Source: Syntrophomonadaceae bacterium (GTDB taxonomy: Bacteria; Bacillota; Dethiobacteria; DTU022; UBA8154). From it: 64,000 bases of DNA. Of the stretch, positions 1 to 9,517 are shown piece after piece. A model generated the notes under the pieces. The model made no database searches and was not told the DNA's origin. It was given only the letters and a program-made list of their open reading frames with translations. The translations under genes and the position numbers were made by a program. How positions within the stretch are numbered: position 1 is the stretch's first letter; each line of letters opens with the position of its first letter. The stretch is taken from the NCBI GenBank assembly GCA_003556225.1, contig PWRN01000027.1, positions 10,019 through 74,018 of the forward strand, given 5' to 3'.

Positions 1-3000
1 AACGAAGCCTGCTCCGCCGGGACCGGGTCCTTCCTGGAAGAAGCCGCCCAGGAATCCCTGGAAGTATCCATGACAGAAATCGCCCCCCTGGCGCTCCAGG
101 CCACTTTGCCTCCCGATTTTAATGATCAATGCGCTGCCTTCATCGGTAGCGATATCAAAACGGCCGTGCAGGAAGGTATCAACACCAACGATATCCTGGC
201 CGGCCTGGTCTACTCCATCTGCCAAAATTACTTGACGCGCGTGAAGGGCAGCCGGCCCGTGGGACAAAAGGTTTTCATGCAGGGGGGCGTCTGCTACAAT
301 CACGCCATCCCCGTGGCCATGGCCGCCTTGCTGGAAAAACCTATCGTTGTACCGCCGGAACCCGGCCTGATGGGCGCTTTCGGCGTGGCGCTGGAAGTCC
401 AGGCAAAAATTAAAGACGGGTTCATCCCGGAAAAGCAGTACCAGCTGGCAGAACTGGCCCGGCGAGAAATTACCTATGAGCGCAGTTTTATCTGCAAAGG
501 GTCGGACAACTGCGATCGCAAGTGCCCGGTGAAGGTGTTGAGCATTAACGGCAAACGCTATCCCTTTGGCGGCGCCTGCAGCAAGTACAGCAATGCCCGC
601 AAAACAGGGGGCAGCCAGGTCCAGGGGCGGGACTATGTTTTTGAGCGGGAAAAGCTTCTCTTTGCGCAGCAGCCCCCGGGCCAGGACAAACCGCTGCGGG
701 GGAAAACCGTGGGCATCAATCGCTCTCTCTTGACCCATACCTTTTATCCCCTCTACCATCACTTTTTTTCCACCCTGGGCTTTGACCTGGTGATTCCCAG
801 GGAAAAAGACCCTACGGCGATCATCCGGCAGGGCGCTTCCTTCTGTTACCCCGTGGAGCTCTCCCACAGTTTTTTCGCCGGGCTCCTCAAGGAACACCCG
901 GATTATATCTTCTTGCCCCAGGTACGCGGTCTCCCGGTCACGGATCACGGCAGGGTCGGCACCATCTGCCCCTTGGCCCAGGCCGAGCCCTATTACTTGA
1001 AAGCCGCTTTCCCGGAGCTCTACGAAAATGGGAACGTGCTGACGCCGGTCCTTGATTTTTCCAGGGGTTTCCAGGCCGCCCTGCAGCCTTTCGTGCAGCT
1101 GGGCAAAAGCCTGGGCGCAACCGCTGCCGCAGCGAAAGAGGCTTACCTGGGCGCCGTCTCCCGGCAGGAGCACTTTATTACCCGGCTCAAGGAGCGGGGG
1201 AACCTCCTGCTGGCCGAGCTGCAGGCCAACCCGGAGAAAAAAGCCATCGTGCTCTTCGGCCGCGCCTATAACGCTTTTACCACGGCTGCCAACCTGGGCA
1301 TCTCCCAGAAGTTTGCCTCCCGGGGCCTGGATATCATCCCCTGCGACTTTTTGCCCTACGAAGGAGAAGAATCCTTCCACAACATGTACTGGGCCAGCGG
1401 GCAGATGAACATCCAGGCCGCCCGGTTGGTGCAGCGGCACCCGCAGCTTTTCGGGGTCTTTATCTCCAATTTCAGCTGTGGGCCCGATTCATTCATCGTG
1501 GGCTACTTCCGTGAAATCATGGGAAACAAACCTTCCTTAACCCTGGAGCTGGACAGCCATTCCTCCGATGCCGGCCTGGACACGAGAATAGACGCCTTCC
1601 TGGATATTATCGAGGGGTACCTGAAAACGCAAACCGTAACCGCCGGGCGCGCCTCCCGCGGGAACGTGCCGCGCCCCAGGGCGATCCTGGAAAAAGGGGC
1701 CATCTATTTGCAGCTGCCCTCGGGAGAAAAGCGGCCCCTGGATCATCCGAAGGTGAAGCTGCTCCTGCCCTCCATGGGCAAGGAAAGCACCTCCCTGATG
1801 GCTTCGTCCATCCAGTACAAGGGCATTCAGGCCATTACCGTGCCGGAGCCGGGTGAAAAGGAACTGACCCTGGGGCAGGGCCACAGTAACTGCAAGGAGT
1901 GCCTTCCCCTGCAGCTCACCGTCGGCAGCCTGCTGCGCTACCTGGAAGAACACCCCCTGGAACCGGACGAAAACCTGATCTATTTCATGCCGGATACGTC
2001 GGGTCCTTGTCGTTTCGGGCAGTACCAGGTGTTCATCAACCAGCTGCTGAACAGGCTGGAGATTCCCAACGTCACGACCCTCTCCCTGAGCTCCGACAAC
2101 AGCTACGGCGGCCTGGGCACCGATTTTACCGTGCGGGCCTGGACTGCCCTGATCACCGCCGATGTATTATCCGAGGTTTACAGCACCCTGCTGACCCTGG
2201 CCCAGGACCGCGCAGAGGCTTTCGCTGTTTACCAGGACGTGTACCGGGAGCTCCTGTTCTCATTTGCCCACCACGGGAAAAAGGAAATCTACAAAACCCT
2301 GGAAGCCGCGGCTTTCCGCCTGGGGCAGATCCCCTTGACGAATTCCCCCGACGACACGCCGAAAATCGCCTTGCTGGGAGAGATTTACGTGCGGAGCGAC
2401 AGTTTTTCCCGACAAAATCTCGTCGAATACTTCGCGGACCACGGCATTATTGCCAGGGTCGCCCCCATCAGCGAGTGGTTGTATTACACGGATTACCTGC
2501 TGCAGAACAACCTGCTGCAAAACTATACCCGGATGGCCCAGTTCAAAAACCGCCTGCAGCAACCCGTAAAACGGCGGATCGAGAAACGCATTAAAAAGAT
2601 CTTCGCTCAAACCGACCTCTATGAATACCACCTGGTGCGGGTGGATCACCTCATGGATGTGGGTTCCAACTATATGATGCCGCAGCTCACCGGCGAAGCC
2701 ATCCTGACCTTATCCTGCGCCATCGCGGAGATCGTCGACCAGGTTAGCGGCGCCGTGGCCCTGGGTCCTTTTGGGTGCATGCCCAACCGCATCGCGGAAG
2801 CAATCACCAGCAAGGCGTTCACGGAGAGAAGGCTCTACCGGCCTAACGGCCGGGAACTGCCGCCAGCCATCCTGGAAGAACAGCCCCATCTCCCCTTTAT
2901 GGCCATTGAAACCGATGGCAGTGTTTTTCCCCAGGTGGTGGAAGCGCGACTGGAAAGCTTCATCCTGCAGGTGAAGCGCCTGCACCAGTTCGTCAAGCAG

Positions 3001-3024
3001 ATAGAATCAAAAGCCCGCGTCTAA
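1..3024 (+). CDS. CoA-substrate-specific enzyme activase (2-hydroxyacyl-CoA dehydratase activator, BadF/BadG/BcrA/BcrD ATPase fused to DUF2229-like domains); 5'-truncated by the window
   Basis: Frame open from base 1 (NEACSAGTGSFLEE), followed by QCAAF, FMQGGV, MGAFGVA, FCYP, NFSCGPD, GPCRFGQY and GPFGCMP motifs typical of the large fused activase family. Confidence 0.85.
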   Translation, partial: NEACSAGTGSFLEEAAQESLEVSMTEIAPLALQATLPPDFNDQCAAFIGSDIKTAVQEGINTNDILAGLVYSICQNYLTRVKGSRPVGQKVFMQGGVCYNHAIPVAMAALLEKPIVVPPEPGLMGAFGVALEVQAKIKDGFIPEKQYQLAELARREITYERSFICKGSDNCDRKCPVKVLSINGKRYPFGGACSKYSNARKTGGSQVQGRDYVFEREKLLFAQQPPGQDKPLRGKTVGINRSLLTHTFYPLYHHFFSTLGFDLVIPREKDPTAIIRQGASFCYPVELSHSFFAGLLKEHPDYIFLPQVRGLPVTDHGRVGTICPLAQAEPYYLKAAFPELYENGNVLTPVLDFSRGFQAALQPFVQLGKSLGATAAAAKEAYLGAVSRQEHFITRLKERGNLLLAELQANPEKKAIVLFGRAYNAFTTAANLGISQKFASRGLDIIPCDFLPYEGEESFHNMYWASGQMNIQAARLVQRHPQLFGVFISNFSCGPDSFIVGYFREIMGNKPSLTLELDSHSSDAGLDTRIDAFLDIIEGYLKTQTVTAGRASRGNVPRPRAILEKGAIYLQLPSGEKRPLDHPKVKLLLPSMGKESTSLMASSIQYKGIQAITVPEPGEKELTLGQGHSNCKECLPLQLTVGSLLRYLEEHPLEPDENLIYFMPDTSGPCRFGQYQVFINQLLNRLEIPNVTTLSLSSDNSYGGLGTDFTVRAWTALITADVLSEVYSTLLTLAQDRAEAFAVYQDVYRELLFSFAHHGKKEIYKTLEAAAFRLGQIPLTNSPDDTPKIALLGEIYVRSDSFSRQNLVEYFADHGIIARVAPISEWLYYTDYLLQNNLLQNYTRMAQFKNRLQQPVKRRIEKRIKKIFAQTDLYEYHLVRVDHLMDVGSNYMMPQLTGEAILTLSCAIAEIVDQVSGAVALGPFGCMPNRIAEAITSKAFTERRLYRPNGRELPPAILEEQPHLPFMAIETDGSVFPQVVEARLESFILQVKRLHQFVKQIESKARV

Positions 3025-3099
3025 GCGGGGACGAAACGAAAACGGCGCAAAGATTTTTCCTGGCGAACAGCCAGCTGACCAAGACAAGGGGGGGCCCGG

Positions 3100-3567
3100 A
3101 TGTACAAAATTCTGTTGGCAACGGATGGATCGGAGCACGCGTTTAAAACCATAGGTAAAGCCGCGCAGTTGTTAAAAATGCTCCAGGGCAGCGTCACGGT
3201 GCTTTCCGTGGTGGAAGATGTGCCTGTTTACAAGGGCCTGGGCGGCCTTTCCGCCAGGGAAACGGAGCTGCTGCATCAAAGTATCGAACAGGTCGCCCGG
3301 GAAGGGCTGGATAAAACGAAGCAAACCCTGGCAGAGAACGGGATTGAAGCCAATACCCTGCTGCGCATGGGACAAGCTGCAGACGTGATCTGCGAGGTGG
3401 TGGAAGAAGATGGTTACGACATGGTCATTGTGGGAGATACCGGCTTCGGGGGGATCAAGGAACTTTTCCTGGGGAGCGTGAGCAACAAGGTTGCCCACAA
3501 GGCCAAGGCAGATGTGCTGATCATCAAGTGGATGTACCAGTCAATTGAAGGCCGACCGGAAATTTAA
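3100..3567 (+). CDS. universal stress protein (UspA family)
   Basis: KILLATDGS N-terminus and G..G..IKELFLGSVSNKV..A..DVLII C-terminal signature. Confidence 0.9.
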   Translation: MYKILLATDGSEHAFKTIGKAAQLLKMLQGSVTVLSVVEDVPVYKGLGGLSARETELLHQSIEQVAREGLDKTKQTLAENGIEANTLLRMGQAADVICEVVEEDGYDMVIVGDTGFGGIKELFLGSVSNKVAHKAKADVLIIKWMYQSIEGRPEI

Positions 3568-3794
3568 AGGTAATTGGCCAGCAGGAAGAGCAACCCGGCG
3601 GCAACCGCAACTTTCAGCAGCTGAAAATTCATCACCTTGCGGTATGCTTTTTCCTGCTCTTCATCCAGGTCTTTCTTGTTTTTGGCCTGGCGAATGGTTG
3701 CCACCCGCTGCCTGGTGACGCCTCGCATCACCTGGATGGCGCTGATGATCAACCAAAAAGCCAGGGCTCCTGTAATAATGCGCAGGGGGGACAT
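3564..3794 (-). CDS. small membrane protein, two hydrophobic segments, unknown function
   Basis: 76-aa ORF with TM-basic loop-TM layout; AAAGGA-like RBS upstream; converges on uspA with a 4-nt overlap. Confidence 0.55.
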   Translation of the reverse strand: MSPLRIITGALAFWLIISAIQVMRGVTRQRVATIRQAKNKKDLDEEQEKAYRKVMNFQLLKVAVAAGLLFLLANYL

Positions 3795-3858
3795 GCATAT
3801 CCCGTCCTTTCTGCTCTCCTACCGTAGGATTCCACGGGCGCGAGCGCCCGAACGGTCA

Positions 3859-3916
3859 AGCCCGGGGCTGACAACTCAAGCCCACCGTGCAGCGGTGCGG
3901 CAGCCAGCCCCGGGCT
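3859..3916. repeat. GC-rich intergenic hairpin (perfect 12-bp inverted repeat with inner stem)
   Basis: AGCCCGGGGCTG (3859-3870) and CAGCCCCGGGCT (3905-3916); inner CACCG...CGGTG (3883-3897). Confidence 0.7.
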
Positions 3917-3920
3917 CTTC

Positions 3921-4991
3921 TTATAAAGGTTTGTCTTCCGGAAGTTTTTCTCCCAGGGCCAGCCTGCAGAGGTCGCTGATCATGTAGTTGTCTAAACCGG
4001 CCGCGTGGGCTTTTTCATGCAGGCTCTTAAAACACATGGGGCACAGGTAGACCATGGCTTCGGCCTCCTTGTCCCGGGCATCGGCGATGTTCTTATCTTT
4101 AAAGGGCTCGATATTTTTGCCCCGGGGAAAGAGCTTCAGATTGGGGCCGGCGGCCTCCACGCCGCAGCACAGGGCATCAATGCCGTCGTATTTCCGCTTC
4201 ACCCGCTCAACCCCGATCAGGGAGAAGATCTCCTGGAGCGTGTTTTCCACTTCGGCCGGGGTATGACGCGAAGCACAGGGCCTCTGGTAGGCCACTTTCA
4301 TCTTCAAAGGGGTAATACGGTCCTGGTGTTCCTGCAGGTAATCCCGCAGGTATTCAAAAAAGTGCACGACCTTAAAAGGTACGTCGATGCCGGCCCGGGG
4401 CGCGATGTCCTGCAGCAGGGCATAACAGTCCTCGTGCACGAAGATAATCTCCTCTGCCCCAGACTGGGCCAGGTTATCCACGGTCTTTTGCATGCGCTGG
4501 TGCATGATGGACTCGTTTCCCATGTGGGTGAAGAGGACATGGCAAAAATAAGGCAGGCCTTTCAAAATGGTCAGATCTTCAAACAGCTGGCCCTGGGGCG
4601 CCCAGGGCATGTTTCCCGTCATCACGCAGAGAGACATCACCTTTCCCTTGATATCTATCGGACGCGGCTCACTTTTCGCTTCAAAGCGCTCGGACATCTG
4701 CTGGAGTAGCGCACCATCGGCGAAATCTCCATCCTCCTCCAACCGCTTTAGAATCAAGTCGAAGGGACGCGCTTCCTTGCTGCAGTACTCGTTGCAGGCA
4801 AAGCAGGTGATGCAATCATGGAGCCAGTCCACCTCGTCGCCCTGGACGAGTTTTTGAAATTCCTTTCCCGCTTCCTCCGGGGAAAACTCCATGTAGCTGC
4901 ATTTTGCCAAACAATCCCCGCAAAAATCACAACGTGCTGCGTCGAACAAGTGGATCACCGCCGTTTCTAAGAGTGGGTTGTTATGCTTCAA
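3921..4991 (-). CDS. Fe-S oxidoreductase, 2x[4Fe-4S] plus CCG domains (HdrD/GlpC-like)
   Basis: CDFCGDCLAKC and CITCFACNEYC, then YQRPC, LCCG and CPMC CCG-type motifs; start uncertain (TTG overlapping the gpsA stop, or a downstream GTG). Confidence 0.8.
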   Translation of the reverse strand: MKHNNPLLETAVIHLFDAARCDFCGDCLAKCSYMEFSPEEAGKEFQKLVQGDEVDWLHDCITCFACNEYCSKEARPFDLILKRLEEDGDFADGALLQQMSERFEAKSEPRPIDIKGKVMSLCVMTGNMPWAPQGQLFEDLTILKGLPYFCHVLFTHMGNESIMHQRMQKTVDNLAQSGAEEIIFVHEDCYALLQDIAPRAGIDVPFKVVHFFEYLRDYLQEHQDRITPLKMKVAYQRPCASRHTPAEVENTLQEIFSLIGVERVKRKYDGIDALCCGVEAAGPNLKLFPRGKNIEPFKDKNIADARDKEAEAMVYLCPMCFKSLHEKAHAAGLDNYMISDLCRLALGEKLPEDKPL

Positions 4992-6004
4992 TCAAAAGCC
5001 AGTTCCTCGATCTCCTTGGTTTTTTCCCGCCGCATCAAGTTCTCTACCGCCTGCCAGGGTTCCGTGTCTTCAAAGAGGATTCCATACATTTCCCGGGTGA
5101 TAGGCATTTCCACGTGATGTACGCGGGAGAGGGCTGCCGCGGCCCTGGTGGTTTTGATCCCTTCTGCCACCATCTTCATGGAGGCCGTGATTTCAGCCAG
5201 GCTTTCCCCCTGCCCCAGCCGTAATCCCACTTGGCGATTCCGGCTGTGGGTGCTGGAACACGTTACAAACAAATCGCCGACGCCGGTTAAACCGCTGAAG
5301 GTCCTGCTCTTGGCGCCCAGGGATAACCCCAGGCGGGTGATCTCCACCAGCCCCCGGGTCAGCAGGGCGGCTTTTGTGTTGTCTCCAAATTTCAGCCCTT
5401 CACACACACCGGCACCGATAGCAATAATGTTTTTCAGCGCACCCCCCAGCTCTACCCCGACCACATCCGGGTTAGTGTAGACCCGGAAGTACCGGGTCAT
5501 GAATAAATTTTGGATAAGTTCTGCAGTTTTACGGTTCGTGGAGGCGACGACCGTCGCCGCGGGGAAAAAGCGGCTGACTTCTTCGGCATGGTTGGGCCCG
5601 GAAAGCACGACCAGTCTTTCCGGGTCCAGGGCGGGCAGATTTGCCAGGATTACCTGGGAGAGGCGTTCTTGGGTGTCTTCCGTGAGTCCTTTGGCCGTAT
5701 TCACCACGATACTTTCATCTTCCAGGTTTTCTTGAACGTTTTTGACCATCTCTCCCAAAGCGTGGGAAGGAACAGAGAGCACGATCACGCGTTTTCCCCT
5801 GACGGCTTGCGCTAAATCTACTGTTAACTGGATTTGCTCGGGCAGCCTAATGCCCGGCAAATACTCCACGTTTTCCCCTGCTTCCACCATCTTCTGAAAC
5901 AGTTCTTCCCGGCGCGCCCACAGGTGTACACGGTATCCTTTATTCGCCAGCAGGATGGCCAGGCAGGTCCCCCAGCTTCCAGCGCCAATTACTCCAATTT
6001 CCAT
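4988..6004 (-). CDS. gpsA: NAD(P)H-dependent glycerol-3-phosphate dehydrogenase
   Basis: GAGSWGT, SGPNHAEEV, GALKNIIAI, GDLFVTCSS.HSRN; follows der-plsY. Confidence 0.97.
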   Translation of the reverse strand: MEIGVIGAGSWGTCLAILLANKGYRVHLWARREELFQKMVEAGENVEYLPGIRLPEQIQLTVDLAQAVRGKRVIVLSVPSHALGEMVKNVQENLEDESIVVNTAKGLTEDTQERLSQVILANLPALDPERLVVLSGPNHAEEVSRFFPAATVVASTNRKTAELIQNLFMTRYFRVYTNPDVVGVELGGALKNIIAIGAGVCEGLKFGDNTKAALLTRGLVEITRLGLSLGAKSRTFSGLTGVGDLFVTCSSTHSRNRQVGLRLGQGESLAEITASMKMVAEGIKTTRAAAALSRVHHVEMPITREMYGILFEDTEPWQAVENLMRREKTKEIEELAFD

Positions 6005-6019
6005 CGACCTAAATCCTTT

Positions 6020-6619
6020 CTATGATCGAAATTGATGCTTCTTCTCCAGGCGCGGCTCTGTTCCCTGCAGCAGTCTCTTGATATTCGCTCCATGCCTCCA
6101 GAGAATAATCAGGCAAATAATCAGCCCGTAAAGGAGATGACTGCGCAGTTCCGGGCTCAGCACCATTAAGACAGGAATGGCAATGCTCCCAACGATGGAG
6201 CCCAGGGAGACAAAGCGAGTTAGAAAAATCACCCCGGCCACGAAAGCGACAACCCCGATCGTCGGCAAGAAGGCGAAGCCCAGAAAGAAGCCCAGGGTGG
6301 TGGCAACGCCTTTCCCTCCCCGGAATTTTAAGAAGACCGGCCAGTTATGGCCCGCAATCACCGCCAGGCCGCAGAGCAAGACAAAGCCCGGATCAGCGAC
6401 GAGCCGGGGAACGGTTGCGGCCACGATCCAGCCCTTGAGGGCGTCCAGGAGCAGCACGACCAGGGCGGCCTTCAGACCCATCAAACGAGCCACGTTAGTT
6501 GCACCGGGGTTTCCGCTGCCCACGCTGCGGATATCTATGCCTCTGAAACCTTTCACGAAAAGGTAAGCAAAGGAAATGGACCCCAGGAGGTAAGAACAAA
6601 CCAGCAGCATGATTTCCAT
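6020..6619 (-). CDS. plsY: glycerol-3-phosphate acyltransferase PlsY
   Basis: YLLGSI, DIR..GSGNPGATN, GHNWPVF..F.GGKGVAT, RH.ANI.RL..G.E. Confidence 0.97.
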   Translation of the reverse strand: MEIMLLVCSYLLGSISFAYLFVKGFRGIDIRSVGSGNPGATNVARLMGLKAALVVLLLDALKGWIVAATVPRLVADPGFVLLCGLAVIAGHNWPVFLKFRGGKGVATTLGFFLGFAFLPTIGVVAFVAGVIFLTRFVSLGSIVGSIAIPVLMVLSPELRSHLLYGLIICLIILWRHGANIKRLLQGTEPRLEKKHQFRS

Positions 6620-6623
6620 CGCG

Positions 6624-7958
6624 TCAACTATCCCCTTTTCGACTCCGGGATTTTAAATAGAACTTCAGCGGTGTGCCCGCAAAGTCAAAGGCTTCCCTCA
6701 ACCGGTTCTCCAGGTAGCGCAGGTAGGAAAAATGAACCAGTGCCGGGTTGTTGACAAAGAGCAGGAAAGCCGGGGGACATTTGTTCGTCTGGGTCCAGTA
6801 ATAAATGCGTCCCTGCTTTCCTTTCGACGTCGGTATGGGATTAACGCTCTGGGCGTCTTCCAGTAGGCGGTTCAAAAGCGGTGTGGGTATCCTGCGGGTG
6901 TAGTTTTCATAGATCCGGGGAAACAGCTTAAAGAGTTGGTGGAGCCGGCGCACTTCATAAATGGAGGTGAAAACAACGGGGGCAAAAGAGACGAATTTCA
7001 GCGCGCTGCGCACCTGCTGCACGGCTTCCTTTCCCCCGGTTTGGCGCAAATACGCCTCCACCAGGTCCCATTTATTCAAGGCCAGGACCAGGGCTTTCCC
7101 TTGATCCAGGATATAGCCGGCGATTTTCTGGTCCTGCACCGTCACCCCTTCCTGGGCTTCCAGCAGTAACAGGGCGATATCGGCCTGTTCAATCGCGCGC
7201 AGGGAGCGCATCACGCTGTAGTACTCCAGGTTCTCCCTAACCCGGCTTTTTTTCCTGATCCCTGCCGTATCGATGAAGCGGTAGCGGGTTCCCTCTTTCT
7301 CAATCCAGGAATCAATGGAGTCCCGGGTGGTTCCCGGTTGGGCGCTGACGATGGTTCGGGCCTCCCCCAGCAAGGCGTTCACGAAAGAAGATTTTCCCAC
7401 GTTGGGTCGGCCGACCACGGCCACCTTGATTTGCGGTTCCATCACCAGGGAGGGTTCTTGAGTACGTCCTGGTAAAAGAGAAACAATTTCATCCAGGAGG
7501 TCGCCGATATTGAGGCCGTGGGCCGCGGAGATCCCCAGCGGCTCGCCAAAACCAAGCTCATAAAAATCGTGCACCGTTTGCGTCGGCGATTCAATTTTGT
7601 TCACCGCCAGGATCACCTTTTTCCCCTGGCGGTGGAGCAAGTTGGCCACTTCCCGGTCCAGGGAACTAGGTCCTTGCCTGCCGTCTACGAGAAAGATGAT
7701 CACCTGCGCTTCCTCGATGGCCAGCAGGGCTTGCTTATGAACCTCTGTCTCCATGTCTCCCGCCTGCGTAAAGGTTAATCCACCGGTATCCATCACGCCG
7801 AATTCATATTCCAGCCAGGAAGCCCGTTCATAAATGCGATCCCGCGTAACCCCGGAAGATTTCTCTTCAATGGCCCTGCGGCCGCCAACCAGTCGATTGA
7901 AGAGGGTTGATTTTCCTACATTGGGCCGACCGACAATGGCCACTAATGGCGTTGGCAT
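6624..7958 (-). CDS. der: ribosome biogenesis GTPase Der (EngA)
   Basis: Two GRPNVGKS P-loops, DTGG/DTAG, NKxE/NKWD, C-terminal KH-like domain. Confidence 0.97.
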   Translation of the reverse strand: MPTPLVAIVGRPNVGKSTLFNRLVGGRRAIEEKSSGVTRDRIYERASWLEYEFGVMDTGGLTFTQAGDMETEVHKQALLAIEEAQVIIFLVDGRQGPSSLDREVANLLHRQGKKVILAVNKIESPTQTVHDFYELGFGEPLGISAAHGLNIGDLLDEIVSLLPGRTQEPSLVMEPQIKVAVVGRPNVGKSSFVNALLGEARTIVSAQPGTTRDSIDSWIEKEGTRYRFIDTAGIRKKSRVRENLEYYSVMRSLRAIEQADIALLLLEAQEGVTVQDQKIAGYILDQGKALVLALNKWDLVEAYLRQTGGKEAVQQVRSALKFVSFAPVVFTSIYEVRRLHQLFKLFPRIYENYTRRIPTPLLNRLLEDAQSVNPIPTSKGKQGRIYYWTQTNKCPPAFLLFVNNPALVHFSYLRYLENRLREAFDFAGTPLKFYLKSRSRKGDS

Positions 7959-9301
7959 GTTGGAACCTTCTTCCTCCCGGTGATATTTGAGGCGTGGTTT
8001 GCCAGGAAAATGCGCAAGTCCTGGAGCGCCTCGACCGGGATAAGGGGCACATTCAGGTATCGAGAGAGGTGATCCACGGCATAACCGTCCAGGAAAAGGC
8101 GGCTGTTCTCTTTCAACATGGTAGAGGAGACAAAAACGTAATCGCCGAGCGCTTGGCCTGCCAGGGCCTTCAGGAGATCGCTACCCGTCAATAAACCGGC
8201 GACAGAAACTTCTTCCCCCCAAAAAATGCTGGGCACCGCGTGGAGCTGCACCTCCAGGTTTTTCGTCTTGCGAAGTTCCGCGGCAAAAGCGCTGAGCAAG
8301 GGTTCGGCCAGGGTACCCGTCACCAGGGAAACCCGCGTTTTTTGCGGCATTTCCGGCAAAGGGCCCTGCTTCTGCCAGCTCGCCAGTTCCCGGATAAAGA
8401 GCCTGCTCATCCCCACGCCGTTTTCCAGCTGCGCGTAAGGGCCATAATGTTCATGGGCCGGCAGTTCCTTGCCGGTGAGGTAATAGAATTCGTCTGCCAT
8501 ATAAACGAAAGGAGTGCCGTATGTTTCCAGGTACGCTTCCTGTTTGGGGACCACCCGGGCGAAGAGCGCTTCCGCCGTTTGCGCGCTCACGCGCTGCAGG
8601 GGGAAAAGATCCTCCCGGTGCCGGGAAAGGCCCACGGGAACAATCGCCAGGGTCTCCAGGGCGGGATAAAGGGCTGAGAGATCAGCCAGGGTCTGTTCCA
8701 GGACGTCGCCATCGTTAATGCCCGGGCACAACACGATTTGTCCGTGCATCTTGATGCCGGCACGGGCCAGGATCTGCATCTGCCGTAAGATGGCGCCGGC
8801 CCGGGGATTTCTCATCATCTGTCGGCGCACGGCAGGGTTGGTTGCGTGCACAGAGAGATACAGCGGGGAGATCCGCCGCTTGATCATGCGCTGCAAATCC
8901 AGTTGTCCCGCATTGGTGAGAGAAATGTAGTTGCCGTATAAAAAAGACAGCCTGTAATCGTCGTCTTTTTCATAGAGCGATTCCCGCAATCCTTCAGGCT
9001 GCTGGTCCACGAAGCAGAAAATGCAATTATTGCGGCATTTTCGCAGGGGGCCCAGGGTAGAGTTGGCGAAAACCAGCCCGGGATCCTCGTCGTACTGCTT
9101 CTGCAGGCGCAGTTCAACCCGGCGGCCGTTTTTCTTCACCACGGTGAAGAGGAGTTCTTTCTCTGCTGTAAGGTATTTATAATCAATAATATCATGGAGA
9201 ACCCGGTCATCAATCCTAGAAAGACGATCGCCGGGCGCGATCCCGGCTTTTTCTGCTGGAGAATGGGGGTTGACCTGGCAAATAACAAAATCACTGCTCA
9301 T
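7943..9301 (-). CDS. DUF512 family PDZ/radical-SAM-like Fe-S protein
   Basis: N-terminal PDZ-like (SPAEKAGI), CRNNCIFC, KDDDYRLSFLYGNY, QLENGVG; usual position upstream of der; start placed at the ATG with RBS. Confidence 0.88.
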   Translation of the reverse strand: MSSDFVICQVNPHSPAEKAGIAPGDRLSRIDDRVLHDIIDYKYLTAEKELLFTVVKKNGRRVELRLQKQYDEDPGLVFANSTLGPLRKCRNNCIFCFVDQQPEGLRESLYEKDDDYRLSFLYGNYISLTNAGQLDLQRMIKRRISPLYLSVHATNPAVRRQMMRNPRAGAILRQMQILARAGIKMHGQIVLCPGINDGDVLEQTLADLSALYPALETLAIVPVGLSRHREDLFPLQRVSAQTAEALFARVVPKQEAYLETYGTPFVYMADEFYYLTGKELPAHEHYGPYAQLENGVGMSRLFIRELASWQKQGPLPEMPQKTRVSLVTGTLAEPLLSAFAAELRKTKNLEVQLHAVPSIFWGEEVSVAGLLTGSDLLKALAGQALGDYVFVSSTMLKENSRLFLDGYAVDHLSRYLNVPLIPVEALQDLRIFLANHASNITGRKKVPTCQRH

Positions 9302-9517
9302 GATGGAACCTCGCGGTCTCGAAAATTCTTGCATATTATTCTACCTGCCATATTATCCTATATTTTTTCGCCTGCTGTCAAGGGAATGAGTCCCAGGCCA
9401 AAGAAATACCCGGCTGTGCAAAACCGGGTATTAATTGTTACGGCCAGTTTTCGAGGGCAGACTGCGCTGCACCCTTGCCTGTTGGACAGGCGGCCGCCGG
9501 CGGCGTGCTTCGGTTTC

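Noticed and set aside
1899..2594. Long alternative-frame and antisense ORFs here and throughout the window (e.g. 4005-4709, 29182-29829)
   Set aside because: Shadow ORFs of well-supported genes in moderately GC-rich DNA, with no motifs
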